A stretch of 64,000 bases of DNA from Rhizophagus irregularis (Eukaryota): the NCBI RefSeq assembly GCF_026210795.1, contig NC_089430.1, positions 2,232,001 to 2,296,000 of the forward strand, in the 5' to 3' direction. The translations under genes and the position numbers were made by a program. The first letter of the stretch is position 1. Each line of letters starts with the position of its first letter. Shown here one piece after another: positions 1 through 13,039 of this stretch. The notes below the pieces were generated by a model that was given only the letters and a program-made list of their open reading frames with translations, searched no databases and was not told where the DNA came from.

Positions 1-234
1 CACATCAAGTTCACCATTGTTTCCTTTACAAATTTTTGAATTCAAAATCGATAATATTTGTCCTTCTTTTGGTTTGACAAATAGCATGGTTTTGAGCTAT
101 CAATAGGGTAAAATGACTTGATCACCATCTTCCTAGAGTCTAGTGTAACCAATAGTGCTTCCAACCAAATATCCACTAGACGTTTTCTCTTTATATTCAG
201 ATATGTACAATATGGTTGAGATCTTGACGGGCAT
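1..234 (-). pseudogene. 5' part of a decayed hypothetical gene (MPVKISTILYISEYKEKTSSGYLVGSTIGYTRL*EDGD...)
   Basis: ATG at 234 on the minus strand. An in-frame TAG follows 33 codons, and later protein-like text needs frameshifts. Runs off the window. Confidence 0.4.
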
Positions 235-1914
235 TTTTGTTATAAATTTATTTGTATTTTCATTTGAAAATTTTCGTTTGAAAAATTATTAGAAAAAAAT
301 TTTCGTTTCAAAAAGTTAATTTCGTGAGAGAAAATTTTTTTTTTTTAAAAAAAAAAGGTTTTTTTTTTAATCAAACAAGATCTTTTTTTTTGGGAGTAAA
401 CTTACATATCTTACATGAGATAATCTTAAAATTTATGCAAGCCAAATCTCATTTGACTATTATCAAACCTTTTTTTTGAGTTTACATTACATCCAAAATT
501 GCTGACGCAAGGATTAAGAGCATTCTTGTAACGATAAACTGCAGATAATACAAAATCGAATGTTTGAAGTAATAACAAAGAAATTTTTTATGTTTTGAGC
601 CTTACTACTTAATTTATAACATAATAACCTTTTATCTGTATAATTAATTATGACTCTAAAACGGGTTGCACTTTGCACTTCAATAAAATTATAAAGCTTA
701 ACGCAGATTTTGATTATTTTAACGAGTATCTATTAATAATTCAACAATCAAGAATAATTTTTTTTTTTATTTATGAAATTTATGATAAAAGACTAATCGA
801 GTATAATTATTAAAATAATTAATTTAAAACATGTAGCTTTAGCTTGAAATGTCATTTTTGATAAACTAATTAAAAATAATCAACAGAATGATATATTATT
901 TTTTTCAAGTTAGTTTGTCTTTATTCGCGTTAATCTTTTTTTTTTAAAAAAATACTGTGACAAAAACATGACAAGATTTAATAATAATAAAATATATTGG
1001 GAATGATAATTAAACTTTATAATTGAAATAAAAATTTTGAATTAAAAATGTTATAAATTCTATTGTTATTAAAATACTTCTAAAAAAAATAGATTTTACC
1101 CAACAATCTGTGTCCGAAGTCATGCGTAAATCCGACGGCTGTGACGCTAGGGAATTTCGAAACTATAATTTTTAATAATTCTATTTTCGTATCCCTTAAA
1201 ACCACAAACTTTATCAAATATTCGAAGTCAACTCACTTTTATCATGCGCAGAATCATGTATTTTAAATATTCGTTACTTTTATTACAGAAACGCTTATTT
1301 GTCCAAAATATAATGAACTTCAGATTATATTTCTATACATAAACATGGTATTATTACATATGTATGACTAAATATACAATATTTCTTACATCAAGAATTA
1401 CTCTTTTGCGTTTTGATTAATTATTAAAACCGACCAATATCTAATTGCCATATTGCTATTTTTTTAATAATTTCTCATATTTTCAAGTTATTAATTTATA
1501 GTGGCACAGCTTGTCCCAATTTTGGGCGGTGCAAAAAAACGTGGCAAGCAAACTTTTGTGCTTCTACACTTCACTTTCAATTATAATTGAAACCAGCCCC
1601 AAAAAACTTAACAGTTTTTCCAACTAATATCCGGACATTTAACTTGATCATAACGAGCTAAACTTTAACTGGTTCAAACAAATATTTAACCAGTAATTGG
1701 TTAACAACTTTAACTAGCTCTAACTTTTAATTAATAATTAATGGCTTTCAAATAATGTAACCCGTAAATAAAAAAATGATTCAAAATTTGATAGTACGTG
1801 TTATCGAAAAATATATTTTTTTTAAAAAAAAATCTCTTATATAAATGACCAGAGGAAAAGAGAATATTTTTTGAACAAATTCACAAACAACGAAAAAAAT
1901 AATTTTTTTGAATA

Positions 1915-2505
1915 ATGCATTTGAAATATTTGTTATTGGTCATTGTCTTTTTTATCTTTACTTTTGAAACAGATGGTAATAAATATACAGTTTTTTACTT
2001 AACATTAATTTTAATTATCAAATTATTCAAATATTAAAATCTTTTTATAAATAATGTAGGAGGAATTGTCGTAGACCGAGAAGGTAAATTATTTCAACAA
2101 GAGTTAATGTCTTTACTTGTGAAAATGCATAACATTATTTTTTCTTGTGCAGTAAATAAACGGTAAGACGAAAAGGTGTAGAGTAGTGCCCCCGTGGTGA
2201 GTAGAGTATAGTGACACTCGCCAAAAGGTAAAACGAAAAGTAGTAGAGTAGGGCCGGTGTGTTGAGTAGAGTATTGTGATGTTTAGCGGTGTGTAACATA
2301 AAGGGTGTGAACTATACTCAAGTGATGAATAGACACCCGGCCAAACCGCTGGGCCAAGCTTGGGCCGAGGTGTTTATTTATCACTTGAGTATAATGTCAC
2401 ATCCTCGTTATACTCTACTCACCACAGGGGCACTACTCTACACCTTTTCGTAGCACTCTAAATAAACGCTCCGCAGATCCACGTCATCATGGTGGTTATC
2501 ATTAG
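1915..2505 (+). CDS. Small secreted peptide precursor (signal peptide, KR site, SA-DP dipeptides, RHHGGYH), interrupted by a MULE-like insertion
   Basis: Exon 1 is 1915-1975 (MHLKYLLLVIVFFIFTFETD-G), GT-AG intron 1976-2059, exon 2 is 2060-2083, GT-AG intron 2084-2152, exon 3 starts at 2153. Removing the insertion and one TSD gives MHLKYLLLVIVFFIFTFETDGGIVVDREVNKRSADPRHHGGYH*. Intron phases are consistent, and TATAAA lies at ~1840. Confidence 0.7.
2162..2458. mobile_element. MULE-like non-autonomous fold-back element with 9-bp TSD TAAATAAAC
   Basis: TAAATAAAC at 2153-2161 and 2459-2467. Arm acgaaaaggtgtagagtagtgcccc-gtggtgagtagagtata matches the reverse complement of ~2409-2451. An inner palindrome spans ~2296-2412, and the left arm carries a tandem duplication. 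Confidence 0.85.
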
Positions 2506-3037
2506 ATTTGACTTGATTTTGTACTGTACATTAAATTTTTTGTAAATTTAATACGTTTAAATTTATTTATTTACTTTTGAAACAAATATTAAAATTATCC
2601 TTTTTTATATTTTGATTCAATATTGTAAAATTTGACCCTATTTAAAAATTATTTCTCATATAATAAATTATTATATATAAATACGAAATTCTATCTAAAA
2701 AAAAAAAATTTCTTACAGTGTAATTTTATAAACGAATACGGTTTTCGAAATAATACTGTAATTGATATAAACTTATTCCACTATACCATATTATTAAAAT
2801 TTTCATATTAACAATTAATAAAGTATCTTGAAATCAAATATTTTTCAAATAACGATAATTTTAACGTGACGCAATGTAGAAACGTGCCAAATTACTCTTG
2901 GAATCATACATGTATCGTCTTTGATTTCAAATAATCACATTTTAGAATATACGTGTTTATTTACTTTCTGTACTTCTTTTTTGGTTTTTGGATATTGCAG
3001 ATATTAAGGGAAGGATTATTAAATATTCAAATGAGCG

Positions 3038-3515
3038 TAGAGTTTATATCCGTTATCCGTTAAAAAACGGATATTCGCAGATATTCGAATATCCGGATTG
3101 GACGGATACAGAATTTGGGATATCCGGATAATCCGACGGATATCCGGATATTATCCGTTGAGAGTAACTTGGACAAATTTTATAATGCCGGCCGGAATTA
3201 TGACAAAATCTTTCCTTTTTTAGACATTTATGTTACACAACCTCTTAAAAAGGAAAATTTTGAATTTTAGAAAAATAATTTTTTGTGGAACGGCTATCGC
3301 CAAAAATGGAAATGATCATCTTACCAAGGCGTAATCCTGGTCAGAATTATAAATTTGGCCTGAATTAGTCTGCAAAAATAATTGGATATCCGGATAATTT
3401 AGGATATCCGGGTAATATCCGGATTATCCGGATTATATCCGGATAAATCAGCTGGATATCCGGATAAACGGATAACGCAAAAATCGGATATCCGGATGGA
3501 CGGATATAAACTCTA
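3038..3515. mobile_element. hAT-type MITE, 16-bp perfect TIR, 8-bp TSD
   Basis: TAGAGTTTATATCCGT...ACGGATATAAACTCTA. AATGAGCG is duplicated at 3030-3037 and 3516-3523. Many subterminal TATCCGGA motifs. Confidence 0.92.
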
Positions 3516-4421
3516 AATGAGCGAAATAAATAAGCTTTTAAACACGTTAAACGCAGAATATTATTAGATTCGGAGCACTGGTACGAGCACAGCGAGTTAT
3601 ACCGAATCTTACCGAGTTTCTCTCGGCATGGAGTAAAAATGATGAGTGTCTCGTATATAATGTAATCAACGAGGGTGCGTGACCGGATGTGAAGAATAAA
3701 TTGGGTTCTATTGAGATTCGGATCCGGGAAATAGGATTTCAGAAAATTGGAGTTTAGGAAATAAGGATTAAGAAAATTGTATGTTTCAGGAAAGGGTTCG
3801 GGAAATTAGTATTCAGGTAATTGACTTTGAGAAAAGATACTGTTAAAATTCTTAATTTGATATGTTTCCGTAAAAAATTCATATAAAGAAAGAAACTATT
3901 TGAACTTTTTAATATATTTTTCCTCGGAAAAAAATCATAAATTTGTTGTATAAATAAATAAACCTTGAAATTTAGTAAACACAAGCGTGGTCCGTAACAG
4001 TTGATTGAAATGATAAACTCACTTGACCAATTTTACTAATAAAAATTTTCTTCCGAACCATTAAGTACTTGCTAATTGAGGAAGCCTTTAATCTCGATTA
4101 ATTTTCTTATATAGTATAAGATCGTCCGAAGAGATCTGTTATTAGACCTCATGAAACGCCACAGCAGTGGGCTAATCATATAAGAGGTGCTTTGCAAGAA
4201 TTACTTTCTAAGCAAGAATATAGTGTATACTGTATCATGTGTACTATCTTTTCTCATCATTCGGGCAAGGAGTAACCAAAACATATCACGTTAATAGTGA
4301 GTTAAAAGTTGATCATTATAGCTTGGTATACAATAATGAATCTTTTTATTCGTATTTGCTTCTTTTCTTTTCTCCTCTTTCTTAAAAAGATATCTGATAA
4401 TAAAATTATCTAATTTTTTAG

Positions 4422-5049
4422 GCTGCTGCTGGTTCTATTGGACAATTTGTCGGTCAAATAGCGAATCTGATGAGAAAGTTGATTTTCTTTTAAATGAATT
4501 AAAATTTGATGTTGCTTTTAATTGACTTTGATAAGGTATATAGGTATAAAGAATTTTTTTTCATGATAATTAGACATGTTACATAGTTTTTAGGAATTAT
4601 CTAAACATTGTCCAAATTGTATTGATATTCTCTTTGACAATGTCGGGTATGTATTCATATAAATATGATCATACATATATATACATAACCACATTCTTTA
4701 ATTTGTTAAATGTAGTGGAGAAACTCTTGATATAGTTATTGATCATTGTAATGTGTTGTGATTTGTGATATAATATCACAATATAATATAACAAATCCTG
4801 AAGAAATATATAAGTTAAACCATGTAGAAAGAATTTTACTTAAAGCTATTCGTATACAAGGATTTATCGTACTATAATATAAAGGAACGGATATTGAAAG
4901 AGATTGTGAAAAAGATTTTGCTGAATGGGTTAGAACTGGTAAAATTATTTATAAAGTGAATATTTATGTAGGAATTGAAAATATTGCAAAAGGGTTTGTT
5001 AATATGTTGAGTGGTAAAAATATTTGTAAAGCTGTTGTGAAATATTAAT
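4422..5049 (+). pseudogene. NADP-dependent MDR-family oxidoreductase (prostaglandin reductase/alkenal reductase-like) pseudogene, 3' half
   Basis: Fragments AAAGSIGQFVGQIA, SDEKVDFLLNELKFDVAFN, CIDILFDNVG, GETLD, ISQYN, IQGFIVL*, GIENIAKGFVNMLSGKNICKAVVKY*. Deletions and stops are present and no 5' half was seen. Confidence 0.8.
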
Positions 5050-7036
5050 TAATAAATTGTGGGAGTCATTGGGAGTAAAATTTTCAATTGAGCGAATGCT
5101 CTTCCAAACATATTTTTATAAGAAATAATAAACGTATAAACTACCATTATTGTGAAAGAAAATTATTTTTTTTTTATATTAAATATTTTATTTATTTATT
5201 TTATTCTAAAGAGTGGTAATCTGTGTATAGCTATATGACAAGCAAAGGAAACTATCTGGTATAAAGAACTAGATTATTCATCCCAATGCGTAGGACCTCA
5301 CCCTTCAGATAGCACAATTTTAACAGTAAGACTAAGTTACTGGGAAAATAGCGAAAAAAGAAAAGAAGAAACCTAGACAATCTACAAATTAAAAAGAGCT
5401 ATATATATATACCTAAAAGAAGATTTTTTATATTAAATAAATGAGTTCACCGCATCACGTGATTTAATTTTTATTACGTGGCTTAATCAAGAAAAATTCT
5501 CTTCAAAAATTGATTAATAAATTGAACAACAGAACTGCTCTCGTTTTAATTAAATTTTTGATTTTTTACTAATAAAAATTCTTAAAACTAGCTTTAGGAT
5601 CTTTTTTAATTAAGAGGTTCCTTTCAAATTTTTTTATCACCATAGATAATATAATAAAAAAAAAAATCGAGATGTAACTTTATAGTAGAATACATGAAAT
5701 ATCATCATATAATGTAAATATGCAAATACATGTGCTACACTTGATCTGTGAATTACCATGAATTAAAACACCAAAAAATCAAAAAAAAGTAAAATAAAAT
5801 AAACATTTATTATTCATTCATTTTTTTTTTTTTGATAAATTTCATCTAAAATTGTTTTACCTTGACCAGCACGGTTTTTTTGTCAATTTTTCAAATCGTC
5901 ATCCTTGTATGGATCATGGATATTTATAATCCAAAGAGTTCCTATCTCTCGCAAAGTAATTTAATTTTTATATACACAGCAAGCTGATCGAAGCCTCGCA
6001 TTAGGTATGTATATTTTTTTAATTCTATTTTTTCAAAAAAAAAAAATAATAATAATAATTAATATTTTCAATTATTATTTTAGCTTTTTTCAAAAATTAA
6101 GTATTAAACAGGTAAATGAGTATGAGAAGAATTAACGATTTCGTTCATGAATTGAACGTATAAGCTTTGAGATATTTATACTCATTGGTATCCTGGTCAT
6201 TAGAAACTCGAGGATTGCAATTAATTGTTTTAACAAAAAACGTTTCAATAAGAAAGATATCAGGCAAAAGTTCCTAGAGTTTCAAACTGCTTTAATGAAT
6301 AATGATTTCACTAGAGTTACAGGTATCTTTCACAGGTTAGGTCGTGGAAGGTTATTAAAGAGAGGGTTGTTTGCTAGTCATCAGGACAGTTTTGATGTCT
6401 GTATTAAAAAGTGTAGAAAATTAGTGTAGAAAATTTTGAGTCTATTCCTCAAAATCAAACCTTAAAAAGAGACAGAAACAGCATCAATCCAGGAATTAAG
6501 CTCGTATCAAAAATTTGAAACCTAATATACATGTGAAAGGGTTGAAAAAATACCTTAGTTACATTTCATCTTTAATAGATATTACCAAATTATTTATGGT
6601 AATTCATTTATTTTTTATTTATTTTATTTATTTATTTTTATTTTGTTGCGTAGTACTAGAGAAACATACACTACTTGGACAAAAGTAGCGGACGCCTGAT
6701 TTTGCTCAATTGCTCAGAAACATACATAATAAGATTACTCAAAATTTTAATATGTGATAAAATGAATACTAAAAAACACATATATGAAAGCTAGCGATAT
6801 AAAATGTTAAATAACTCCATTAATTAAAAATAATTAAAAAATAATAAATGGTTAAATTAAAATATAATTGATGTCAGTATTTTTTTGATATCTAATTTTT
6901 CTAGAAAAGATAAAGATATAAAAATTTATATGCTAACTCTTAAAGCAATAGCTTTTAAATGATATGAAAATAATATAAATTATTTGCAATTTTAGTTCAA
7001 TTTTCTTTTTTTTTACAATTCTTCATAAGCCATATA

Positions 7037-7459
7037 CAGTCAGACCTCTATGTACCGATATCCTATGTACCGATAATTGCCTGTACCGATAAATTTTCTA
7101 TTTCCCGTTTCACAATTAATAAAAAAATCTCGTTGTACCGATATTATATATGGTTTCACGATGTAACATGTACCGATACTTTTCTATGCCCCTTTATAAT
7201 TAATACATAGTAAGATGTACCGATACTTTAGGTTACACTAGTATTAATTCGGGTCAACACTATAAATTTGGCCGGAGTTAACATAAAGGTTCCATCCAAA
7301 TCACATGACACTTTAATATATTAGCTATCGGGGTTTGCATAATGCTGGCAAGAATTGGTGGCCCGCATTATGATTCACTGATGACGGTTATGTAACGATA
7401 ATTTGATATACCGATATATTTTCCCCAAACAACAGTATCGGTACATAGAGGTCCGACTG
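7037..7459. mobile_element. Tc1/mariner (pogo-like) MITE, 24-bp TIR, TA TSD
   Basis: CAGTCAGACCTCTATGTACCGATA / TATCGGTACATAGAGGTCCGACTG (23/24 match), TA on both sides, internal GTACCGATA repeats. Degenerate relatives lie at ~35440-35700, ~42210-42557 and ~45848-46130. Confidence 0.9.
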
Positions 7460-8689
7460 TAGTAACATGTAAGCTAGCAATGAAAAATTAAATACATATG
7501 CTTACTAGTATTTGTGATCACATATTAGAGTTTCAAGCATTAATATTATGTAAAATAAAGTTAATAGTGTGTGGTAGTTAAGTAGATTATGAATCACTAA
7601 TTCTCATCCCTAATCCATCAATATTTAAGATATATGGTAAAAATTTTGAAAGAATAAAGGCATGATTGAAAAATATGAAGTATGCAAAGTATAACTGATG
7701 GGAAAAAAATCATTCAATTATATGTAACAAACGAAATATAATAAATATTTTGAAAAAAAGTGAAGGTTAAATAATGTGTAATTAATTCGTCTGGAATGGG
7801 GCTTGAACCCATGGCTTTAAGGTTCCCAAAACTTTTATTATTATGCTATATAAACTTGTAAAAGTAAAAATTACAAATGGATAAAAGCAAAGTCTCTTAA
7901 TTTCACTAAACTTTCACTATTCTGAAGTCATATTTGTGTTCTCTGAAAGAGTCTTAATGTCACCAATGTATCCTATAACATTGATAAAATTATATTTTCA
8001 ACTCTGTATTATATCAAAATAGTAATGAAAAAAGTGATGGTAACATGTTCATAGATTCTGCAAAATATGCAGTTGATCATAAAGAAAGGTACTGTACTAT
8101 TGTACCAAAAAATATGAACGATTGGGTTGGCATGGTATCCGACTCTTCGTTAACTAAATGTTGTTCTTACTGTTACAAATTTCTTGTGGGACATCTATAA
8201 ATTAAAGGGATGGTTAGCTTTCGCTAAGTACTCTACTTAAGAATTTCGTCCCGCCATCTGGTAGGTGACGTGAGGCAGTATCCTTCTAAAGTATCAAGTA
8301 GCAGTAAGCTACAAGTATCTGTTTGAAAGAACTTACAAAAACACAGCTTTAGGTTATTGCGTCCTTTCACTGACATCTCTCCTAGACACTGAGAAGATCT
8401 TATTCGTATCTCAGCCAGGTCCGTCAGTTAACAGAGTTATCATAGATAGACCTGCCAGCTCACAAGGTTGCCGTAACTTCCTTGATCATTGCATCCACTT
8501 GTTCACCATATATATATATATCACCAGAAACGAGGGTAACGCAGGCAAAGCCCACTCTCTTTAGCTTTACGAAAACAGTTCGACATACCTTTAATATTGA
8601 AATTTGAAACCCAAAATATTTTGGAAAGGGATTTTAAAAATTCACCATCTTCTGCAGCTTGAAAGTATTTCTCAACAAAGTGAAATTTG

Positions 8690-9410
8690 TAAAAAAATAT
8701 ATTGCGAAAATATTGTAAAATATTGCAAAAAAAAGAAAAAATAAAAATATAAAAATATTGTAAAAAAAATATTGTAAAAAAGTAAAAATATCGCGTAAAA
8801 TATTGCAAAAAAAAATAAAAAAAGTAAAAAAAAAGCAAAAAAAAAGTAAAAAAAGGAAAAAAAATTATTATAAAAAAATGTAAAAAAAAGTAAAATATCG
8901 CGTAAAATAAATATTGTAAAAAAATATTGCGAAAAAAAGTAAAAATATTGTAGAAAGAATATTGCGAAAAAAAAAGTAAAAAAAAGAAAAAATATCGCGT
9001 AAAATATTGCAAAAAAAGTAAAAAAAAGTAAAAAAAAAATTATTGTAAAAAAATATTGTAAAAAAAGTAAAATATCGCGTAAAATAAATATTGTAAAAAA
9101 ATATTGCGAAAAAAAGTAAAAATATTGTAGAAAGAATATTGCGAAAATAAGTAAAAAAAGAAAAAATATCGCGTAAAATATTGCAAAAAAAAGTAAAAAA
9201 AAAATTATTATAAAAAAATATTGTAAAAAAGTAAAATATCGCGTAAAATAAATATTGTAAAAAAATATTGCAAAAAAAATAAGATATTGTAAAATAAATA
9301 TTGCAAATAAAAAAATATTGTAAAAAAGTAAAGTAAAATATCGCGAAAAATGTTTTTTTAAAGAAGTAAAAAAAAAAGTAAATATAGAGTAAAATATAGA
9401 GTAAAAAAAA
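8690..9410. repeat. A-rich satellite with ~165-176 bp higher-order period
   Basis: Built from AAAATATTG(T/C), AAAAGT and AAAATATCGCGT. The block at ~8893-9068 recurs at ~9069-9232. Confidence 0.85.
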
Positions 9411-9939
9411 AATCCTTGTAGGGAGTATATTTATGTAATATGAGTAATGTTTCTAAATTATACGATTAGTTATGACTTATGACTCATTGACTTATGAGTC
9501 ATGACTAATATATATTACAACATATTACTATTTAATAACTGTTACTTACGTAATACAAGATATGAGTAATTTTTTTTACGAAAAGTTTATTTTATTGATT
9601 ATGATCATACGATTACCATCATTTTGACTGCGGTTTGCTGAAGTGGTAACAACAATCAAAAAGGAATTGGTATATGTACTATATGTACTTATTACAATCA
9701 TTAGCCACTTATATTTAAATGATTTTTCTGTTTGTGTAACAATATTGAGCGAGTTTATTTTATATTGATGATGAAAGAAAGAAAAGAAAATGAGATTTAT
9801 TTTAAATTATTAAAACTTGTTTTGACTTTCAATATAATTTCACTATTTGTTTATTACTCTTTGGTGACAATGTACAATTGTACATTACTCTATTTAAAAT
9901 AATCAACTAGATTGTAAGTAATATATATATAATTTACAG

Positions 9940-10410
9940 TAACAGGCCTCTGACGAAAACATTAGAAAGTACAAGAGACAACTTGATGACGTGTAGGGTT
10001 ACAATCCGTCTATCCGCCATCCAGAGATATAGCACGGATATCCGTCATCCGCAGATACGAATGGCGTGGATGGTTTTGATCCCGTTCTAATAATTTCTCC
10101 AAATCAAACTTGGATAAACCAACACTCATTGCAAGCTTACCAAGTGATAATAGATGCATTTGCGACCGATGGACTTCAAAAAAATGATCGCAGAGATGAA
10201 AATTCGCGCTCCGTGTTCCACTTTGCAAATATGACTGAAATGTACACTGTACATGGAAATATTCGAACATGATACCCCAATGCATTCATCGATCAAAATG
10301 CCCAACCTCAGCAGGAGCCGATTGGTACCGCTTGGGTACTTACTAAAGTAGGAGTGCGCAAGAGTGATTTTGGGCAAGATGATTCATTTTTTTAAGAATT
10401 AAAGATTAAC
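9940..10410 (+). pseudogene. Decayed hypothetical protein gene fragment
   Basis: GC-richer island. The frame DPVLIISPNQTWINQH...GNIRT*YPNAFIDQNAQPQQEPIGTAWVLTKVGVRKSDFG continues through an in-frame TGA at 10270-10272, and there are upstream stops. Confidence 0.45.
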
Positions 10411-10941
10411 AGTTAACAATTTCACTATCAATATACTTGCTGTAACACAGAAGATGATGTTAAATCAATTTTATAAGACAATTTATTTTTTTTAATGAAC
10501 AAGTATTTATTTAAGATTTAATAATATAATATGCATAGAATAATAAAAAAAAAATTTTTTCGTCAATTCTACAATAGATTAGCACTTATTAATATAGAAA
10601 AAAATATGGAGGAAGGATTGCTTCACTATGTAATCGATTATAATGACAATATTATTGAATATTTTTGTATTAACTACGTCACATATCGCGTAATAGTTAC
10701 AGTAAATTGCATCTACTATTAATATAAAATATATTTAATATCATATATGGTATCTTACTTTATACCATATAGTATTTTTCACTTTTGTAAAAATTGTAAT
10801 TTATAAAAAAGTAAATTAAAAATTTATGACCAGGCTGGAATTGCGTGATTTTCTGTGAAGATCTTTTCATGTACGTTACGTGATTTAGATTATGACTTTT
10901 ATGGACAAAAAAAAAATCGGTCAATTTTTACTTACCAATTT

Positions 10942-11832
10942 CTAAAAATTGTTCATAGGGGGATTATAATTTTCAGCATTCTGCAATAGACTTGAAAAAT
11001 CATCATTTAGCCATGCCCAAGAGGTGGTACCTTCTTTAGGATAAGGTGGAGGTAACCAACCATGCGAGATACCCACTATATTGCCTCCATTAGTATTTGG
11101 ATCATAATCTTTTATCCAAGGACCCCCACTTGAGCCATAACCAACATCTATAGATATACCCCTATGCCACTGGTAATTTGGAAGATTATTTGGAAACTCA
11201 AATGAATTTCCTTGCCACTCACAAAGATGTTCTCCATCTCTGGGGCAGTCCATTTCACCAGAATTATATGGATAACCAAATACAGTTGTTTGATATTCTC
11301 CAGGAGGTACATCAACGTCACAATCGAATGCTCCAGTATCATCTTGTAATTTTCTTCCATCTTGATAATAAAACTTTATAAAGCCATAGTCATACAGTGC
11401 TTCATCGTTCGTAAAAGCTGACCATATACTAAATGTATGAGCCCTAACTGCTCCAATACTACCTGGACTTCCATTGTTGTACCCAGGATAGAAATAGAAA
11501 TCAGTATTCCAATTCTCAGCGATAATATCCCAAATACAATGTGCAGCGGTAATTGCCATATTTCCGTTATCAGTTCTAATTACAGTGGCGGTACAATAAT
11601 CAGTTGATCCATCTGCTTTTACAAAGCTTAAGAGTCCAATAGCACTGAAATTATTATCGACAGCAAAAGTTCCTGTTGTATTACTCATTCTTTCTTCTGG
11701 AGGAATATCAACAAATTTACTCATAGGTACCATTTTTGCTCTTCTACCCATAGGTTTAGGAAATGCATAACTTGAATTCGTTAAGATTAGTATCAATACG
11801 ACAAATATATATAACATATGTTTCTTGTTCAT
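10942..11832 (-). CDS. Secreted trypsin-like (S1, V8/glutamyl-endopeptidase-like) serine protease, intronless
   Basis: 296-aa ORF with a signal peptide (MNKKHMLYIFVVLILILTNSSYA) and catalytic-triad motifs TAAHC, YDYG and GSSGGP. Confidence 0.9.
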   Translation of the reverse strand: MNKKHMLYIFVVLILILTNSSYAFPKPMGRRAKMVPMSKFVDIPPEERMSNTTGTFAVDNNFSAIGLLSFVKADGSTDYCTATVIRTDNGNMAITAAHCIWDIIAENWNTDFYFYPGYNNGSPGSIGAVRAHTFSIWSAFTNDEALYDYGFIKFYYQDGRKLQDDTGAFDCDVDVPPGEYQTTVFGYPYNSGEMDCPRDGEHLCEWQGNSFEFPNNLPNYQWHRGISIDVGYGSSGGPWIKDYDPNTNGGNIVGISHGWLPPPYPKEGTTSWAWLNDDFSSLLQNAENYNPPMNNF

Positions 11833-13039
11833 TTTTATTAAGGTAACGTATTTTTAGAAAATTGGTTGGAATAATTGAATACACAGATATATGGCAGGAA
11901 AAGTTAGTCAATTTATATGTTTTAAAAAAGACGTTTGATGCTACTACTTTCACTCTCTCATTCTGCTGTATATCATCATATTGCCTATATTAAAATTTAA
12001 TTAACATGGTCCGACGAAAAAAAAAAAGAAAGATTAATCCCGATAATTCCGAATTCCCGAAATTTCGGGCTTTTACTAAAGGAGAAAAAAAAAAGAAAAT
12101 TGAAAACAATCCAAATGTCAAATGTCGATTATATCCATAATCGAACACACAGAACCCACACATTCATAGTTTTATGTGATGATCGACATCATTCAGCCTA
12201 GTAGGTGAGCTCTTTTAAATATGCTAATAGGAATAGATCGTAAGGATGTGCATTAGTAGATCTGCATTACAAACACGATCTATACCGAACTGGTGCTGTC
12301 CCGATATAACCAAATTTTATGTAATATTAACAACCTTATTTTGAACATTAAAGGAAATATTTCTCATTTAGTTTTACTTGAGTTCAACAAATATAGATCA
12401 ACCGATATCTATATGAATGTGACATCTTACAAATTTAGACAAAAATTTCATTAGAAAGAATTCCGATGTTTAAGTTTCCTTAACTTACTTTGGGTAATGA
12501 TTATTAGTTTAATAGAATAAATAAATTTATTATATTTGATAAATAATAAAAGATATTTATTACAAACAAAACAAATGTGAATTTAAAACAAAAATTTACG
12601 TTTTATATTGTTAATTCTAACTAAAATTACGTTAAACTTCTACTAGAATTAAATCGTAAAGTCACAATTCATAAAAAAAAAGAAAAAAAGAAAATATCTA
12701 TTCCTTACATAAAAATAAATAAATACTATGCCAGCAAAACTCACTTTAATTTGTGTAATTCATTCAATTGTTGAATGAGAAGTAATAATTTTATTATAAT
12801 AAAAGAAGATGATAATACTTCCTTTTTTCCAAAAAATCCATCAGTTCCAAAATGGATTCTCGATTTTACATCTGGTGATGTAGTTAGGTTTACAGGAAAA
12901 TTTTTCTCAATGAGGAACCTCTTCATGATGATATTTTGGAGGTAATTTTAATTTATTATTTATGTAAAAAAAATAATAACACTCAAAGAAAATAATTATT
13001 AATTCTTTTTTTAAAATTAAAAAATAAAATATAAATTAG

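Noticed and set aside
8521..9012. 163-aa Phe-rich ORF resembling a membrane protein
   Set aside because: It is a translation of the A-rich satellite.
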